Assembly: GCA_903856085.1 (NCBI GenBank)
Contig: CAIOAT010000042.1
Coordinates: forward strand, 4,947 to 68,946
Length of the DNA: 64,000 bases
Reading direction: 5' to 3'
Origin: Candidatus Omnitrophota bacterium
Lineage (GTDB): Bacteria > Omnitrophota > Omnitrophia > Omnitrophales > Aquincolibacteriaceae
Below the pieces are notes generated by a model, which saw nothing but the letters and a program-made list of their open reading frames with translations, did no database searches and had not been told where the DNA came from. Of this stretch, positions 42,158 through 52,439 are shown piece after piece (the first letter of the stretch is position 1; every line of letters begins with the position of its first letter). The translations under genes were made by a program, and so were the position numbers.

Positions 42158-43389
42158 GGCTTTCTCCTGACCGTCACTTGGTGGATGCGCTGACGGACCA
42201 TATCTTGAATCACAAAATCGAAGTGCTCCGTGCTGAAAATCGCCCCCTTGACAGGAACAACGCCCATTTTTTCAAAAAGATAGCCCCCAAATGTCGTGGC
42301 CTCATCCGCCACAAGATACGAAGAGAAAAAATTATTGAACTCCTGGAGACTGATTTTCCCCTCCACCAAATAGAGATCCTCACCCAAACGCCGGATAGGA
42401 TTCTCAACCTTGGCATATTCATCATAAAACTCCCCGAATATTTCCTCCAAAATATCTTCTTGCGTCACCACCCCGGCCGTTCCCCCAAACTCATCCACGC
42501 AAACCGCAAAACGCTCATTCTTGCTTTGAAATGTTTCCAGAAGAGCATCGATCCGTTTGCTTTCCGGAACAAAGAGCGGCTCCAGCATCACCTGCTTTAC
42601 GTCGGGAAGAGGTTCCTGCAAAAGATAGTTCTGGGACTCAACAACCCCCAGGATATGATCGATCGAACCCTGAAAAACAGGTAACCGTGTAAAGTGAAAC
42701 TTCCGGATAAGTTCTTCATGCCTTGCCGAAGGTTCCTCAATATCCAAACCGATCAGGTCGGTGCGCGGCGTCATGATATCCTTGACCGGCCGTTCACCCA
42801 GCTCCAGGAGCTTTTGAATCATATGACGTTCCTGCCCCCCCAAAACCCCTTCTTCTTCTCCGATTTTCACAAGCACCTTGAGTTCCTTTTCCGAGATCAT
42901 GTCCGATTGGTCGATCTTTTCATGAACAAGAAAGGAGAGAATACGATCTGTAACAAAACGCATCAGGATTCTAAAAGGTGCAAATAACGCGGCGAAGAAC
43001 TTCAGGGGCAGGGACACCCATAGGGCCATTTTGATTCGCGACCGTACTGCCAGGATCTTGGGGAGCATCTCACAGAACACAATCAAAAAAACAGTGAACG
43101 CTGCCATTAACATGCCAAGCCGCGCGTTCCCGAAAAGCTCGAGAACGACAAGTGTGACCATGGCCGTCGCCAACGAATTCACCGTTAAGTTACCGATCAG
43201 AACGGTTCCGAGCGTTTTACGTGGCGCTTGCAAATGTTCAAAGATCCACTTTGAAAGATGAGGGTATCCCTCTTTCAGTTTGCGCTTATCCAACTTAGAC
43301 AGAGAAAAAAGAGCCGTTTCGGACGCGGAAAAGAAAAAGGAGAACAAGAAGAGCACTCCCAAAACGACCCCGTGAAAAGTTGTATTCAT
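42154..43389 (-). CDS. CorC/HlyC-family transporter (DUF21, CBS pair, CorC_HlyC)
   Basis: Full three-part architecture; 4-nt overlap with the downstream paralog. Confidence 0.8.
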   Translation of the reverse strand: MNTTFHGVVLGVLFLFSFFFSASETALFSLSKLDKRKLKEGYPHLSKWIFEHLQAPRKTLGTVLIGNLTVNSLATAMVTLVVLELFGNARLGMLMAAFTVFLIVFCEMLPKILAVRSRIKMALWVSLPLKFFAALFAPFRILMRFVTDRILSFLVHEKIDQSDMISEKELKVLVKIGEEEGVLGGQERHMIQKLLELGERPVKDIMTPRTDLIGLDIEEPSARHEELIRKFHFTRLPVFQGSIDHILGVVESQNYLLQEPLPDVKQVMLEPLFVPESKRIDALLETFQSKNERFAVCVDEFGGTAGVVTQEDILEEIFGEFYDEYAKVENPIRRLGEDLYLVEGKISLQEFNNFFSSYLVADEATTFGGYLFEKMGVVPVKGAIFSTEHFDFVIQDMVRQRIHQVTVRRKP

Positions 43390-43392
43390 CGT

Positions 43393-43971
43393 CTAGTCTT
43401 TCCGGTAAAGCGCATGCGTGTGGATATATTGAAGAACTTTCTGAGGAACATGATCGCCCACATCCCGTCCGTGTTTGATCGCCTCCCGGATCCCGGAGGC
43501 CGAGATCGGACATAAAGGCATCTGAATCCATTCGGCACGGGCCCCTTCCGGCGCACAAACTTCACCCGGGCCTCGCTTCGCCACCAAAAACAAAATCTTT
43601 TTTTTGAGCTCGACAGAACGATGCCAGGTATCGATCCCTTCAAACGCGTCTTTTCCAAGGATTAAAAAGAATGTGCTTTCGGGAGATTTTTTCTCAAATT
43701 CCGAAAGCGTATCAAAAGTATAAGAAGCGCCCTTTCGCTTGAGCTCACAGTCAGAGAGCTCGAAAGAAGGCTCACCCTGGATGGCCAGGCGAACCATTTC
43801 GTAACGATCTGCAGCAGAGGTGAGCGAAAGAAGTTCTGGTTTGTGGGGTGGCAAATTGGCGGGAACAAAGATAACTTTATCGAGCGAGAATTGAACCCGG
43901 GCATTTCGAGCAAGTTCCAAATGCCCACGGTGGACAGGATCAAAGGTCCCTCCCAAAATACCGATCTTCAT
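43393..43971 (-). CDS. nadD: nicotinate-nucleotide adenylyltransferase
   Basis: GILGGTFDPVHRGHL HxGH nucleotidyltransferase motif. Confidence 0.85.
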   Translation of the reverse strand: MKIGILGGTFDPVHRGHLELARNARVQFSLDKVIFVPANLPPHKPELLSLTSAADRYEMVRLAIQGEPSFELSDCELKRKGASYTFDTLSEFEKKSPESTFFLILGKDAFEGIDTWHRSVELKKKILFLVAKRGPGEVCAPEGARAEWIQMPLCPISASGIREAIKHGRDVGDHVPQKVLQYIHTHALYRKD

Positions 43972-43986
43972 GCGGAAAGACCGCTT

Positions 43987-45243
43987 TTAAGAACGTATAT
44001 GGCCATTCCCTTCCACGATATATTTATACGACGTGAGCCCTTCCAGCCCCATCGGGCCGCGCGCATGGATCTTGTCGGTTGAAATCCCGATCTCCGCGCC
44101 GAACCCGTATTCGAATCCGTCAGAAAAACGAGTCGAGGCATTGACCATTACCGATGACGAGTCTATTTTCGCCTTAAAGATCTTGGCCGCTTTTGCGTCT
44201 TGGGTTACGATCGCGTCCGTATGATGGGAACCATGAGTTTCAATGTGCTGGATCGCCTCTTCAAGATCTTTGACAACACGTACCGCGAGGATCTTTTCCA
44301 AGAATTCATGACCGAAGTCGGCCGCCTTAGCGCGCTTCGCCCAAGGAATAAAACGGCAAGTCGCGGCATCGCCCCGGACTTCGCAGCCTCCCTGTTGAAG
44401 CAGATCGCCCGCCATCGGCAGAAATTTTCCGGCGATATTTTGATGTACCAGGAGTGTCTCCATCGCGTTACAAACCCCCGGACGCTGAAGTTTGGCGTTT
44501 AACGTGATCGCGACAGCCTTTTTGGGATCGGCATTTTTATCGACATATACGTGGCAGATCCCCTGATAGTGTTTGATCACAGGAATACGCGATTTCTCCA
44601 CAACCCGGCGGATCAGTTTTTCCCCGCCGCGCGGGATCACAAGATCGATCCGGCCTTCTTGTCCCAAAAGAAAATCCAGCGCGGCATAATCCGTTGTCGT
44701 CACAAGATTCACATGAAAAGGCGAGAGTCCGTGTCGTTTGAGAGACTCTTTAAAGATTGATACGAACGCGCAATTGGAAGCCATTGCCTCACGTCCGCCG
44801 CGAAGGATCGCTACATTTGAACTCTTGAGACAAAGCGCCGCACATTCCACGGTCACGTTCGGACGGGACTCATAGATCATCAGGATCACACCCAGCGGCA
44901 CGGTCACTTTTTGTAGCTTGAGACCGTTCGGCCTCTTCCAACTCGCCTGCACATGACCGATGGGATCCTTGAGATGGGCAACCGCCCGAACACCTTCCGC
45001 CATGTCCTTGATACGCTTTTCATTGAGCGTTAAACGGTCGATCATCGCCGATGAAAGCCCGCTCGCTTGGGCTTTATTAAGATCTTTACGGTTCGCAGCA
45101 ACAAGCCATTTTGTTTTCCTCTCGATCCTAGAAGCAATATCCAAAAGAAGCTTACGCTTAAAAACCGAGGACTCTTGTCCAGCTTGAGATGCCGCCTTCC
45201 GAGCGCCCACAAGCACTTTCTCCAATTCACGTTTCCAATTCAT
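43987..45243 (-). CDS. proA: gamma-glutamyl phosphate reductase
   Basis: Aldehyde dehydrogenase superfamily, ProA-type. Confidence 0.9.
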   Translation of the reverse strand: MNWKRELEKVLVGARKAASQAGQESSVFKRKLLLDIASRIERKTKWLVAANRKDLNKAQASGLSSAMIDRLTLNEKRIKDMAEGVRAVAHLKDPIGHVQASWKRPNGLKLQKVTVPLGVILMIYESRPNVTVECAALCLKSSNVAILRGGREAMASNCAFVSIFKESLKRHGLSPFHVNLVTTTDYAALDFLLGQEGRIDLVIPRGGEKLIRRVVEKSRIPVIKHYQGICHVYVDKNADPKKAVAITLNAKLQRPGVCNAMETLLVHQNIAGKFLPMAGDLLQQGGCEVRGDAATCRFIPWAKRAKAADFGHEFLEKILAVRVVKDLEEAIQHIETHGSHHTDAIVTQDAKAAKIFKAKIDSSSVMVNASTRFSDGFEYGFGAEIGISTDKIHARGPMGLEGLTSYKYIVEGNGHIRS

Positions 45244-46355
45244 CGTTCGCTCCAGATCACGAGATCGTTGCGATGGATCACTTCATCATGAGATTTTTTG
45301 CCAAGAATCGCCTGAATTTCGTCGGTCCGTTTTCCGAAAATCCGGCTAAGATCCCGGCTATTGTAGTGCACCACTCCGCGACCAAAGACTTTACCGTCCG
45401 GCGTTTCGAGCTCCACAACATTTCCTTGATCGAAATCCCCCTTCACCTTAACGATCCCACCGGGCAACAAACTTTTTTTCGCAAGCAGTGCCTGATAGGC
45501 CCCACCATCGACTACGATGCTGCCACTTCGGGTCGCTGAGAAGGCTATCCACTTGTGCCGCATATCCTTTTTGGCCCCGGCGGTGATGAATAAAGTCCCG
45601 ACATCTTTCCCGCTAAGGATCTCCTGCAGAATATGCGGCTTGTGACCATTCACGATCATAAAAGGAATCCCGAGACGCATCGCCACTTGTGCGGCTTTGA
45701 GCTTCGCGCGCATACCGCCAACGGTCTCTTCCCGCTTTTTATCCGCTAAATGCAGCACGAGCTTATTGTCGATCTCATCTTCGGAAGTCACTTCCCGGAC
45801 ACGGGTTCCATCTCTCAGGAGGAAACCCTCCGCATCCGAAAGATTGACGAGAAGGTCCGCACCCACCAGATGCGCCACATGAACCGAAAGAATGTCATTG
45901 TCCCCAAAGGCGATCTCTTCGACCGCCACAGTATCGTTCTCATTGACGATCGGAAGGATGTTGAGCTTCAAGAGCGTCTCCAGGGTATTGCGAGCACAAA
46001 GGAACCGCTTGCGATCCTCCAGCCCATCGCGTGTCAGGAGCAGCTGGGCGGTATGCACTTTTTTCTTTGCAAAAAAACTCTCATAGGCATGCATGAGCTT
46101 CCCCTGCCCAATGGCAGCACAAGCCTGAAGTTCCGCCATTGCTTTCGGCCGCTTTTTAAAACCGCAACTTTTCATCCCGAGCGCGATCGCGCCGGAGCTT
46201 ACCAGGACCGGCCGCCGGCCTTTCTTGATAAGCGCATAAATCTCTTGGCAGACACGGGCATGCTCCTTATGGGAAAAACTTTCCCCCCGAGTTTTGAGGA
46301 TGCTTGTGCCGATCTTGATGACGATCTTTTGGGCATGACGGACGCGATCAGACAT
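45240..46355 (-). CDS. proB: glutamate 5-kinase (with PUA domain)
   Basis: Amino-acid kinase fold IVIKIGTS...; C-terminal PUA domain; ATG 46355 verified. Confidence 0.9.
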   Translation of the reverse strand: MSDRVRHAQKIVIKIGTSILKTRGESFSHKEHARVCQEIYALIKKGRRPVLVSSGAIALGMKSCGFKKRPKAMAELQACAAIGQGKLMHAYESFFAKKKVHTAQLLLTRDGLEDRKRFLCARNTLETLLKLNILPIVNENDTVAVEEIAFGDNDILSVHVAHLVGADLLVNLSDAEGFLLRDGTRVREVTSEDEIDNKLVLHLADKKREETVGGMRAKLKAAQVAMRLGIPFMIVNGHKPHILQEILSGKDVGTLFITAGAKKDMRHKWIAFSATRSGSIVVDGGAYQALLAKKSLLPGGIVKVKGDFDQGNVVELETPDGKVFGRGVVHYNSRDLSRIFGKRTDEIQAILGKKSHDEVIHRNDLVIWSER

Positions 46356-47319
46356 GGCCTTCGTTCTCGATCTTCTCATGGACGAACTTCATGAGAGATT
46401 CTACCCCTTCCCCGGTTTTCACCGAAATCAAAAAATAGATCAGTCCCAAACTCTGGAGCTCTTCCTGGATTTTCCCAATATCGTGTCCAAGATCGATCTT
46501 GTTAACCACCACCACACTCGGAATCTGCCGAAAAGCAGCATCGTGCTCATAAACAATCCTCTGCAAAGCACTCAACCCTTCGATGGCGGTATGGGAGAAC
46601 TTCAAGGTCGCGTCGATCATGAACACGATGAGCTTGGCGCGAGCCAAGTGCCTTAAAAAATCAGTTCCCAATCCCCGCCCGTCCGTGGAGCCTTCAAAAA
46701 TGGACGGAAGCTCGCAGAAATTGATCTGTTTATAGTCGTCATACGGGTGAACCCCCAGCACGGGACTGCGGGTCGCAAAAGGATAATCCTTGCCTTCCAC
46801 AGGGGCCCGCGTCAAATGGTGGAGCAGCGAGGATTTCCCGGAGCTGGGAAGCCCCACAAGAAACACATCCGCCATGATTCGAAATTCCACATCGATTTCG
46901 AGGTTTTCGCCTTCTTCACCGGAAGTCGCCGTTTTGTCCCCGATATTCCCGGACCCACCCCGGCCCCCTTTAGCTACAATCACTTCTTCACCCTCGAGAT
47001 AAAGATCCCGGATCGCAAGATGGTTCTCGCGGCGATAGATTGAAGTCCCGATCGGAACCAATACGATCAGGTCCGGCCCTTTGCTTCCACGTTTATTGTC
47101 GCTGCTACCGTGTTCGCCGGACGCTGCATCCAAATGCTGTTTCAATCTAAGACGATCAAGACCCGGAGCGTTATGCGAAGCGCGGAAGATCACGCTCCCC
47201 CCGTCACCACCATCGGCACCGTTGGGAACTTTTTTATGGTCCTTACGGTGGTTATAACTTTCACAGCCTTTACCACCGCGTCCGCCCTGAACTTTGAGAT
47301 GTATTTTATCAACTAGCAT
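46348..47319 (-). CDS. obg: GTPase Obg/CgtA
   Basis: Glycine-rich Obg fold (GGDGGSV, GGRGGSGN), G domain GLPSSGKSSLL. Confidence 0.9.
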   Translation of the reverse strand: MLVDKIHLKVQGGRGGKGCESYNHRKDHKKVPNGADGGDGGSVIFRASHNAPGLDRLRLKQHLDAASGEHGSSDNKRGSKGPDLIVLVPIGTSIYRRENHLAIRDLYLEGEEVIVAKGGRGGSGNIGDKTATSGEEGENLEIDVEFRIMADVFLVGLPSSGKSSLLHHLTRAPVEGKDYPFATRSPVLGVHPYDDYKQINFCELPSIFEGSTDGRGLGTDFLRHLARAKLIVFMIDATLKFSHTAIEGLSALQRIVYEHDAAFRQIPSVVVVNKIDLGHDIGKIQEELQSLGLIYFLISVKTGEGVESLMKFVHEKIENEGHV

Positions 47320-47395
47320 AGAGGTCCTTAAAAAGAGAAAAGGCCAAAAAGCTTAGGATCGCTTTTTAGCCTTTTCGAACTTGGTTGGAACTGGA

Positions 47396-47638
47396 TTAAC
47401 TCGGAATAATATGGACAGATCGGTTCGCCCGGAACTCCACGATCCCAGCTCGCTTCGCGAAAAGAGTGTAATCAGTGCCGATCCCGACAAAATTCCCGGG
47501 GTGGTACCGCGTTCCACGCTGACGGACGATAATGCTACCCGCGGTGACCTTCTGCCCGCCATAGGCCTTGACGCCCAAGCGTTTGGAATTGGAGTCTCTT
47601 CCGTTGGTTGTACTTCCCTGACTCTTTGTATGTGCCAT
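47396..47638 (-). CDS. rpmA: 50S ribosomal protein L27
   Basis: [24 protein letters not shown]... L27 signature. Confidence 0.9.
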   Translation of the reverse strand: MAHTKSQGSTTNGRDSNSKRLGVKAYGGQKVTAGSIIVRQRGTRYHPGNFVGIGTDYTLFAKRAGIVEFRANRSVHIIPS

Positions 47639-47734
47639 GTTTTCCTCTAAAAGATGATTGTACCGCGTTACTGTTTGATTTTAAGGGTTCGCAGTACGAC
47701 ACCGTTAACCCATAAAAATAAATCGAGAACGGTG

Positions 47735-48058
47735 TTAGCTAACTTTGATCTCTTTGACAAGCAATCGGAGCAAATCCTGCCGATGCCCCTGCTTCTTCCG
47801 GGACGACTTACGTCGGCGCATCCGATAATGGATCAGTTTGGGACCTCGAAACTCCCCGAGATTTTCGCACACAATGGTAGCCCCCGCGATCACCGGGGTC
47901 CCGACCTTCACTTGGCCTCCATCCTGAACGAGCATCACCTGGTCCAAAACAACCTCTTTTTGACCCTCAGCCACATCCAATAACTCGACCTCTATCACTT
48001 GCTGAGGCGCCACCCAATACTGCTTGGAACCCGTCTCAACGATTGCATATTTTTCCAT
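47735..48058 (-). CDS. rplU: 50S ribosomal protein L21
   Basis: MEKYAIVETGSKQYWV... L21 signature. Confidence 0.9.
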   Translation of the reverse strand: MEKYAIVETGSKQYWVAPQQVIEVELLDVAEGQKEVVLDQVMLVQDGGQVKVGTPVIAGATIVCENLGEFRGPKLIHYRMRRRKSSRKKQGHRQDLLRLLVKEIKVS

Positions 48059-48126
48059 GAAATGACTCCTTTGAATTTAAGAGAGCGCATATCTTATGGG
48101 AATTCACTAGGGCTGTCAATGCTTTT

Positions 48127-48160
48127 TAAAAAACCGCAACCCTTTGGAATAAAAAGGGTT
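48127..48160 (-). terminator. putative intrinsic terminator 3' of the DUF547 gene (8-bp stem AACCCTTT/AAAGGGTT, then T6 four nt downstream)
   Basis: Minus strand: AACCCTTTttattccAAAGGGTTgcggTTTTTT. Confidence 0.4.
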
Positions 48161-48210
48161 AGGTGTTCGGAACAGGCGGGTCGAAAAAATCCACAACAAG
48201 TCTAAGCGGC

Positions 48211-49026
48211 TCACTTCTTCCAATCGTTGAGGGACCAATCAAAAGAGGGATACTCTATCTTGTAGTTGCCTTCCTGAAGATATTCTCCCTTAGCCTCATC
48301 TTCAAGATAATATGCCAAAAAAGAAAGCACCGCGTTATCATTCGCTGAAAACTTACCATGGGATTCGGGGGTCCCAAAATCCAGCTTGAAATCTTTTGCA
48401 TACCATTTGAAGATCCTCGAGATCTGGATCTTTTTCCGGCCGGGGGTGATATCCACATAGGCAGGGTTTGTCACGAATTTCCTTGTTAAAAGAAAAAGCT
48501 GCCCTTCCACTTTAGGCCCCGTGAATGCTTCAGTCATCAGCTTAGGGCCGCCCTTCGCTGCCACAGAAAGTGCCAGGTGGACCTTCTCGTCATGATAGAC
48601 AGCCATCAGGTTCTTCACCCGAATGTCGTTGAGACTGTATTGACTTTGATCCTTAGATCTCTTGCCGAAATGGAACAACGCGATATCCCAAAAACTCGGG
48701 ATCTTCTGGACCGACGTCACAGGATAGTTCTCGATCACTAGTTTAATCAGCACCACGTGATACACATTCAGCCAGAACGCCAACGCCTCTTCCCGAGGCC
48801 ACGAAGCAATCTCCGATTCCTTCACCGCCATCAAGCTTGCGAGATAATCATTCAGATCCTTCGGATCTTTCGTGATCGACTGATAATTTACCTCGCCTCT
48901 TTCGTTCACATTTTTTTTAAGGAAGGCATCCCAAGCGGAGTGATCAAACGCCGTCGCTGCATGAAGACCAGCGGGAAAGGAGCACAGAAGAAAAATCAGG
49001 ATGAAAATTTTCTTTTGAAATGACAT
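48211..49026 (-). CDS. secreted DUF547-domain protein
   Basis: Signal peptide; ALAFWLNVYHVVLIKLV motif typical of DUF547. Confidence 0.65.
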   Translation of the reverse strand: MSFQKKIFILIFLLCSFPAGLHAATAFDHSAWDAFLKKNVNERGEVNYQSITKDPKDLNDYLASLMAVKESEIASWPREEALAFWLNVYHVVLIKLVIENYPVTSVQKIPSFWDIALFHFGKRSKDQSQYSLNDIRVKNLMAVYHDEKVHLALSVAAKGGPKLMTEAFTGPKVEGQLFLLTRKFVTNPAYVDITPGRKKIQISRIFKWYAKDFKLDFGTPESHGKFSANDNAVLSFLAYYLEDEAKGEYLQEGNYKIEYPSFDWSLNDWKK

Positions 49027-49038
49027 GGGGCAATAATC

Positions 49039-49353
49039 CTAGAAACGAATACCGTGCTGTTTGAGGAACACTTGGTCATCATCGTTGAGTTCACACTTCA
49101 GCTCCCCCGTCCTGAAATGCTCGCTCATCGCCCCTTCTTCAAACATCTCTTCGATCTCGTCGAATTCTTCCGGAGAAAGCGGCGACATATTCAGAAAGAA
49201 AATATTCACTTCAGGGCTTTTATCTTTCATATCTTTAAAGAATTTCATCATTTCCGCAGGACTTTTCCCTTCCAGAGGATACTGACTCATAATCTTTTTG
49301 AGAAGGCTCATCAATTGCTTCATGTTCTGCTCGAATTCTTTGTCAAAACTCAT
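49039..49353 (-). CDS. acidic hypothetical protein
   Basis: ATG 49353 with AAGGAG SD; no recognisable domain. Confidence 0.4.
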   Translation of the reverse strand: MSFDKEFEQNMKQLMSLLKKIMSQYPLEGKSPAEMMKFFKDMKDKSPEVNIFFLNMSPLSPEEFDEIEEMFEEGAMSEHFRTGELKCELNDDDQVFLKQHGIRF

Positions 49354-49469
49354 AAACACTCCTTCAGATAAACTATTTATAAGAACGTTCGCTCTGATGC
49401 CACAAAACATCTAAATTTAGAGGTGTGCGGCAAAGTTCTGTTAACTCTTAACATCAAATAGAGACAAGA

Positions 49470-50396
49470 CTAACGATGATCGTCTAAAAACGCTTGGACT
49501 GCCAAAGCTGCGGCACAACCTTCGCCGCAAGCCGCCACCAATTGACGCACAGCCCCTTGGCGCACTTCCCCGGCCGCAAAAACCCCAGGCACGGACGCTG
49601 CCAGAGAGGAATCGGTTACGACATACCCCTTGTCATCTAAGGCCACCAGACCTTTGGCAAGATTGCTGTTAGGATCGTGCCCAATAAAAACAAATATTCC
49701 GTCCGCCGCAACCTTTTGTATCGCGCCGGTCTTGATATTCCTTAAAAGAACAGCCTCCACTTTTTTTTCACCTTCAATTTTATCAACAACAGAATCCCAA
49801 ACAAAGCTTATCTTGGAATTCATTTTAGCTCGTTCTTGCAGGATCGAACTCGCCCGCAATTGATCACGACGGTGGACGATCGTCACCCTCTCGGCGAACC
49901 GCGTCAAAAAGATCCCTTCCTGAAGAGCAGAATCTCCGCCGCCGACGGCCAAAACTTTTCTGCCTTTAAAGAAAGCCCCGTCGCAGGTCGCACAATAAGA
50001 AACACCCTTGCCCGTAAGCTCTTTTTCATGAGGAACCCCTAGTGTGCGGAACGAGGCGCCCATCGCGAGAATAACAGTCCGAGCCGCATAGCTCGTCTCA
50101 GTGCTAACGGCTTCAAAAATACCCTCTTTTTTTGAAAGATGCGTCACTTCTTCATAAATAATTTTCGTTCCGTAGCGTAAGGCCTGGGCTTCCATTTTCT
50201 GAGCGATCTCAGTCCCCAAAACACCTTCGGTGAAACCGGGATAATTCTCCACCCAATCGGTCGAGGCAATCTGCCCGCCCGATACAAGCTTTTCGAAAAG
50301 GATTGTGGAAAGATTGCCGCGTGAGGCATAAAGAGCGGCGGTCAGCCCCGCACCACCGCCACCGATGATCATCACATCGTAGATCTTTTTTTCCAT
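49470..50396 (-). CDS. trxB: thioredoxin-disulfide reductase
   Basis: GGGGAGLTAALY FAD motif; CATC redox centre; GGGDSA NADPH motif. Confidence 0.9.
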   Translation of the reverse strand: MEKKIYDVMIIGGGGAGLTAALYASRGNLSTILFEKLVSGGQIASTDWVENYPGFTEGVLGTEIAQKMEAQALRYGTKIIYEEVTHLSKKEGIFEAVSTETSYAARTVILAMGASFRTLGVPHEKELTGKGVSYCATCDGAFFKGRKVLAVGGGDSALQEGIFLTRFAERVTIVHRRDQLRASSILQERAKMNSKISFVWDSVVDKIEGEKKVEAVLLRNIKTGAIQKVAADGIFVFIGHDPNSNLAKGLVALDDKGYVVTDSSLAASVPGVFAAGEVRQGAVRQLVAACGEGCAAALAVQAFLDDHR

Positions 50397-50399
50397 GTC

Positions 50400-50807
50400 C
50401 TAGACCTCGTAAACGCTCGCCGTTTTCAATATATCTTCTTCAACGAACACAGGAACTTTTGCGCGTAAGGCGATCGCCACACTATCGGAAGGCCTGGAAT
50501 CGATCACCACCGTTTGCCCGTCTTCCTTGAGGATATGCAACTTGGCATGGAACGTATTGCTCTCAAGCTTGTCGATCACGACCTTCTGGAGTTTGCCGCC
50601 AAGCTCCTGAACGATTTTGAGCATTAGGTCATGGGTCATAGGCCGCGGTGGCTTGACGTTGCCAAGTTTCAATTTAATCGCATGAATTTCCGGCAGACCG
50701 ATCACGACGGGAAGAAACCGGTTCCCGTCCTTTTCACGGAAGACCACGAGTTGCTCATGCCGGTTCTCATCAACCTTGATCTTACTTAAGACCATTTCAA
50801 TCATCAA
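50400..50807 (-). CDS. bifunctional nuclease (BFN/DUF151) family protein
   Basis: VDENRHEQLVVFREKDGNRFLPVVIGLPEIHAIKLKL matches the BFN N-terminal pattern. Confidence 0.65.
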   Translation of the reverse strand: MMIEMVLSKIKVDENRHEQLVVFREKDGNRFLPVVIGLPEIHAIKLKLGNVKPPRPMTHDLMLKIVQELGGKLQKVVIDKLESNTFHAKLHILKEDGQTVVIDSRPSDSVAIALRAKVPVFVEEDILKTASVYEV

Positions 50808-52371
50808 TAGCCTCGGGATGAGCCGTGGACGTGTGAAATTCGGAGACTTCGGGGGAACTCGCGGGTTTACGTTGTTCCAATGGAGAGACCTCTTGTTTTA
50901 TCTTCTCGGCCAAATGCCGCTGGGCCTGCTTTGCTTCGATCACTTCGCGCTCGATTGCTTCCTGTTCCGCGAGGAGTTTGCGCATATCCTCCTCACGTTC
51001 ACGAATTTCGGATTCGATCTTCTCCTGTTGTTTTACCACCTGCTTCAGGCGCAACTCTTTGGTCACAAGCTGATCATGAAGCTGGGACTTTTTCTGCACA
51101 GTCTCACGTTGATCCAACTCGGCGTGAAGCTGACGAATCTGCTTGCGGGCATTTTCAAGATCCATTTCCCGAGCCTCGAGCTGTGCAAGACGCACCTGCC
51201 AGGACTTCTGCTGATCCTCAAAAGATCCCCGCATCTGCCGAATCTCTTTTTCAAGCTCTGAAGATTTCTGCTCCCACCGCTTGGCCTGTTGCGTCTGCAG
51301 CTCTAATTCTTGGATCAAACGGGTTTCACTCGACTGAACGATCTTCTTACCCTCCTCGATATTCTTGATCTTTGCGTGAAGACCCTCCGCTAGAGTTTTT
51401 TGATTTTCCATCTCTCTCCGGAACTGAGCGGCTTGGCTCTCCCCTTCGCGACGCGCTTGTTCCTGCTCGTCCTTAGCGCGCTGAAGATCATTCTTCGCGG
51501 CATGAAAACTTTTGAGAAGTGCCTGTTTCTCTTGAAGCAACTCTTTATGAGTCAGATCACGCTCTTCGAGCTGTTTGAGGAATTCTTCGGACTTATGATC
51601 TTCGGAACCAAGCTTTTCTTCGAAATACTGACGGGTCTGGCGAAACTCCTCGCGAAGGAGCTCGTATTTCTCCTCTGCGTGATTCACCAAAGCCTGCAAT
51701 TCCTGGGCTTCTTTTTCTTTCTGTTTTCTCGCGGCCTCGCTCAATTGCACGGCTCTTTCCTTTTCCGAGACCTCCGCCTGCGCCTTTTCAAGTGCCTTTC
51801 GAAGCTGACTCACACTCTCTTTCAGCCCCACGCTCTCCTTCAAAAGCTTTTCTCGTTCTTCCTCAAGAATGCTCCGAAAATGACGGTTATTTTGATTGGA
51901 CATGCCGTTCTTTGCAGGGGACCGCGTATCGCCGCGCTCCGAAGAAACGCCTTCGTTCTGTACCCACGACCGGATTTCCTGGATCGCTTCACCGTGATCT
52001 AGCTTTTCGGTTTCATTTTTCTGTGGAGACACCGCAGGGGATCCCAGCTGATGTAGAAATGCGAGATTCGGCGGCGTAGGCCATACGGTCCGATAGCATC
52101 GTCGCTTCAAAAAGCTGTCATTACTCACCACAATATCCGTTTGAGAACTCCGGAAATATTGCTTCACCTGAAGCGCAGTCGCATACAGAAGATTATCCAT
52201 CAGGATGATGGGGGTGTTTTGGACAAGATCGAGAGCTTCGTCCACGGGAAGGCGAAAAGCCTTGGCAATTTCACGAGCTATTTTGTTGCGTTCCAGCTCA
52301 CTCTTAAGGGGATTGAGGACCACGAACCAATCCTGCCCGCCTGGTTGAACCTTTTTAGTGCCTGTAAGCAT
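50797..52371 (-). CDS. large coiled-coil protein with N-terminal ribosomal L7/L12-CTD-like domain, hypothetical
   Basis: About 400 aa of E/K/Q-rich heptads; N-terminal 80 aa alignable to the L12 C-terminal domain (KIAREIAKAFRLPVDEALDLVQNTP versus [22 protein letters not shown]). Confidence 0.5.
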   Translation of the reverse strand: MLTGTKKVQPGGQDWFVVLNPLKSELERNKIAREIAKAFRLPVDEALDLVQNTPIILMDNLLYATALQVKQYFRSSQTDIVVSNDSFLKRRCYRTVWPTPPNLAFLHQLGSPAVSPQKNETEKLDHGEAIQEIRSWVQNEGVSSERGDTRSPAKNGMSNQNNRHFRSILEEEREKLLKESVGLKESVSQLRKALEKAQAEVSEKERAVQLSEAARKQKEKEAQELQALVNHAEEKYELLREEFRQTRQYFEEKLGSEDHKSEEFLKQLEERDLTHKELLQEKQALLKSFHAAKNDLQRAKDEQEQARREGESQAAQFRREMENQKTLAEGLHAKIKNIEEGKKIVQSSETRLIQELELQTQQAKRWEQKSSELEKEIRQMRGSFEDQQKSWQVRLAQLEAREMDLENARKQIRQLHAELDQRETVQKKSQLHDQLVTKELRLKQVVKQQEKIESEIREREEDMRKLLAEQEAIEREVIEAKQAQRHLAEKIKQEVSPLEQRKPASSPEVSEFHTSTAHPEAIDD

Positions 52372-52439
52372 GCCAACCCCTGAAGGTCTTTGATCAGAAA
52401 AGAAAAGGATGCGTGATGAGGTCTAAATCCCTGCTCGTC

